Assembly (NCBI RefSeq): GCF_000698785.1
Contig: NZ_CP007536.1
Span: 2,310,001-2,342,000, forward strand
Length of the DNA: 32,000 nucleotides
DNA from: Nitrososphaera viennensis EN76
Lineage (GTDB): Archaea > Thermoproteota > Nitrososphaeria > Nitrososphaerales > Nitrososphaeraceae
Direction: 5' to 3'
Each line of letters begins with the position of its first letter. Positions within the stretch are counted from its first letter, which is position 1. The notes beneath the pieces are model-generated. The model saw only the letters and a program-made list of their open reading frames with translations. It was not told where the DNA came from and did no database searches. Made by a program: the position numbers and the translations under genes. Below, piece after piece: positions 31,793-32,000 of the stretch.

Positions 31793-31975
31793 TTACTTGC
31801 CCTTGTAGCCGCAGGCGGGGCACTTGTATTCCCTGGACTTGCCCTTGCAGCCCTCGCAGCGCCAGATGCGCGCGTTCCTGCACTTTGGGCACGAAAAGTT
31901 CTCTGAAATCTCGCCCGGGTGGACGTCCCTGCCGCAGGCGTTGCACTTGGGCATGTCGTACGAGCCGGAGTACAT
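31793..31975 (-). CDS. Four-CxxC zinc finger miniprotein (HVO_2753/DUF1610-like)
   Basis: CNAC ... CPKC ... CEGC ... CPAC in 60 aa, ending YKCPACGYKGK. The pattern matches the archaeal HVO_2753-type double zinc ribbon. Alternative start at M8 (31954). Confidence 0.75.
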   Translation of the reverse strand: MYSGSYDMPKCNACGRDVHPGEISENFSCPKCRNARIWRCEGCKGKSREYKCPACGYKGK

Positions 31976-32000
31976 ATATGTGTCTCTGCAGCTGTTTGCC

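Noticed and set aside
1-32000. Search for CRISPR arrays, rRNA genes, transposases/integrases and IS-type terminal inverted repeats
   Set aside because: By-eye scanning found no regularly spaced direct repeats, no rRNA-like conserved stretches, and no ORF with recombinase or transposase motifs. The only notable repeats are the intragenic 63-mer, the TetR palindrome and the TAACAnTGTT sites.

Overview
This is a GC-rich, gene-dense archaeal chromosome segment. The gene content points to a Nitrososphaera-like ammonia-oxidising thaumarchaeon. That is an inference; no database search was possible. The supporting content is archaeal L40e, a tRNA with a bulge-helix-bulge intron, AT-rich boxes about 27-30 nt upstream of many start codons, a heme-copper oxidase flanked by cupredoxins, and a PEFG-CTERM-like sorting tail.

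Layout:
- 1-8.3 kb: F420 reductase, a histidine phosphatase, and a terminal-oxidase cluster. The cluster holds subunit II split by one in-frame stop, subunit I, a membrane-anchored di-cupredoxin, a compact heme A synthase and an unknown membrane protein whose mature N-terminus is His-rich. An Fe-ADH and an SRPBCC protein with an RHH-like tail follow.
- 8.36-16.1 kb: a lower-GC block starting right after an intron-containing tRNA-Lys(CUU). It carries a TetR gene with a perfect 18+18 bp palindrome, a probably frameshifted membrane gene, a SAM methyltransferase, a 55-aa L40e gene absent from the ORF track, a 500-aa PEFG-CTERM-like surface protein, a secreted (GGN)n acidic protein, and about 1 kb without convincing ORFs.
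- 16.2-32 kb: a hemL-hemC-cobA-hemD operon, a divergent EVE/TruD pair, a wHTH gene with a repeated TAACAnTGTT motif, zinc-ribbon minigenes, HtrA, an orphan Cas4-like protein, a LEA_2-like protein, an RcnA-like transporter, a tmk-HD-pyrH operon and an HVO_2753-like zinc finger.

I found no rRNA, CRISPR array, integrase or transposase. All functional calls rest on by-eye motif recognition.
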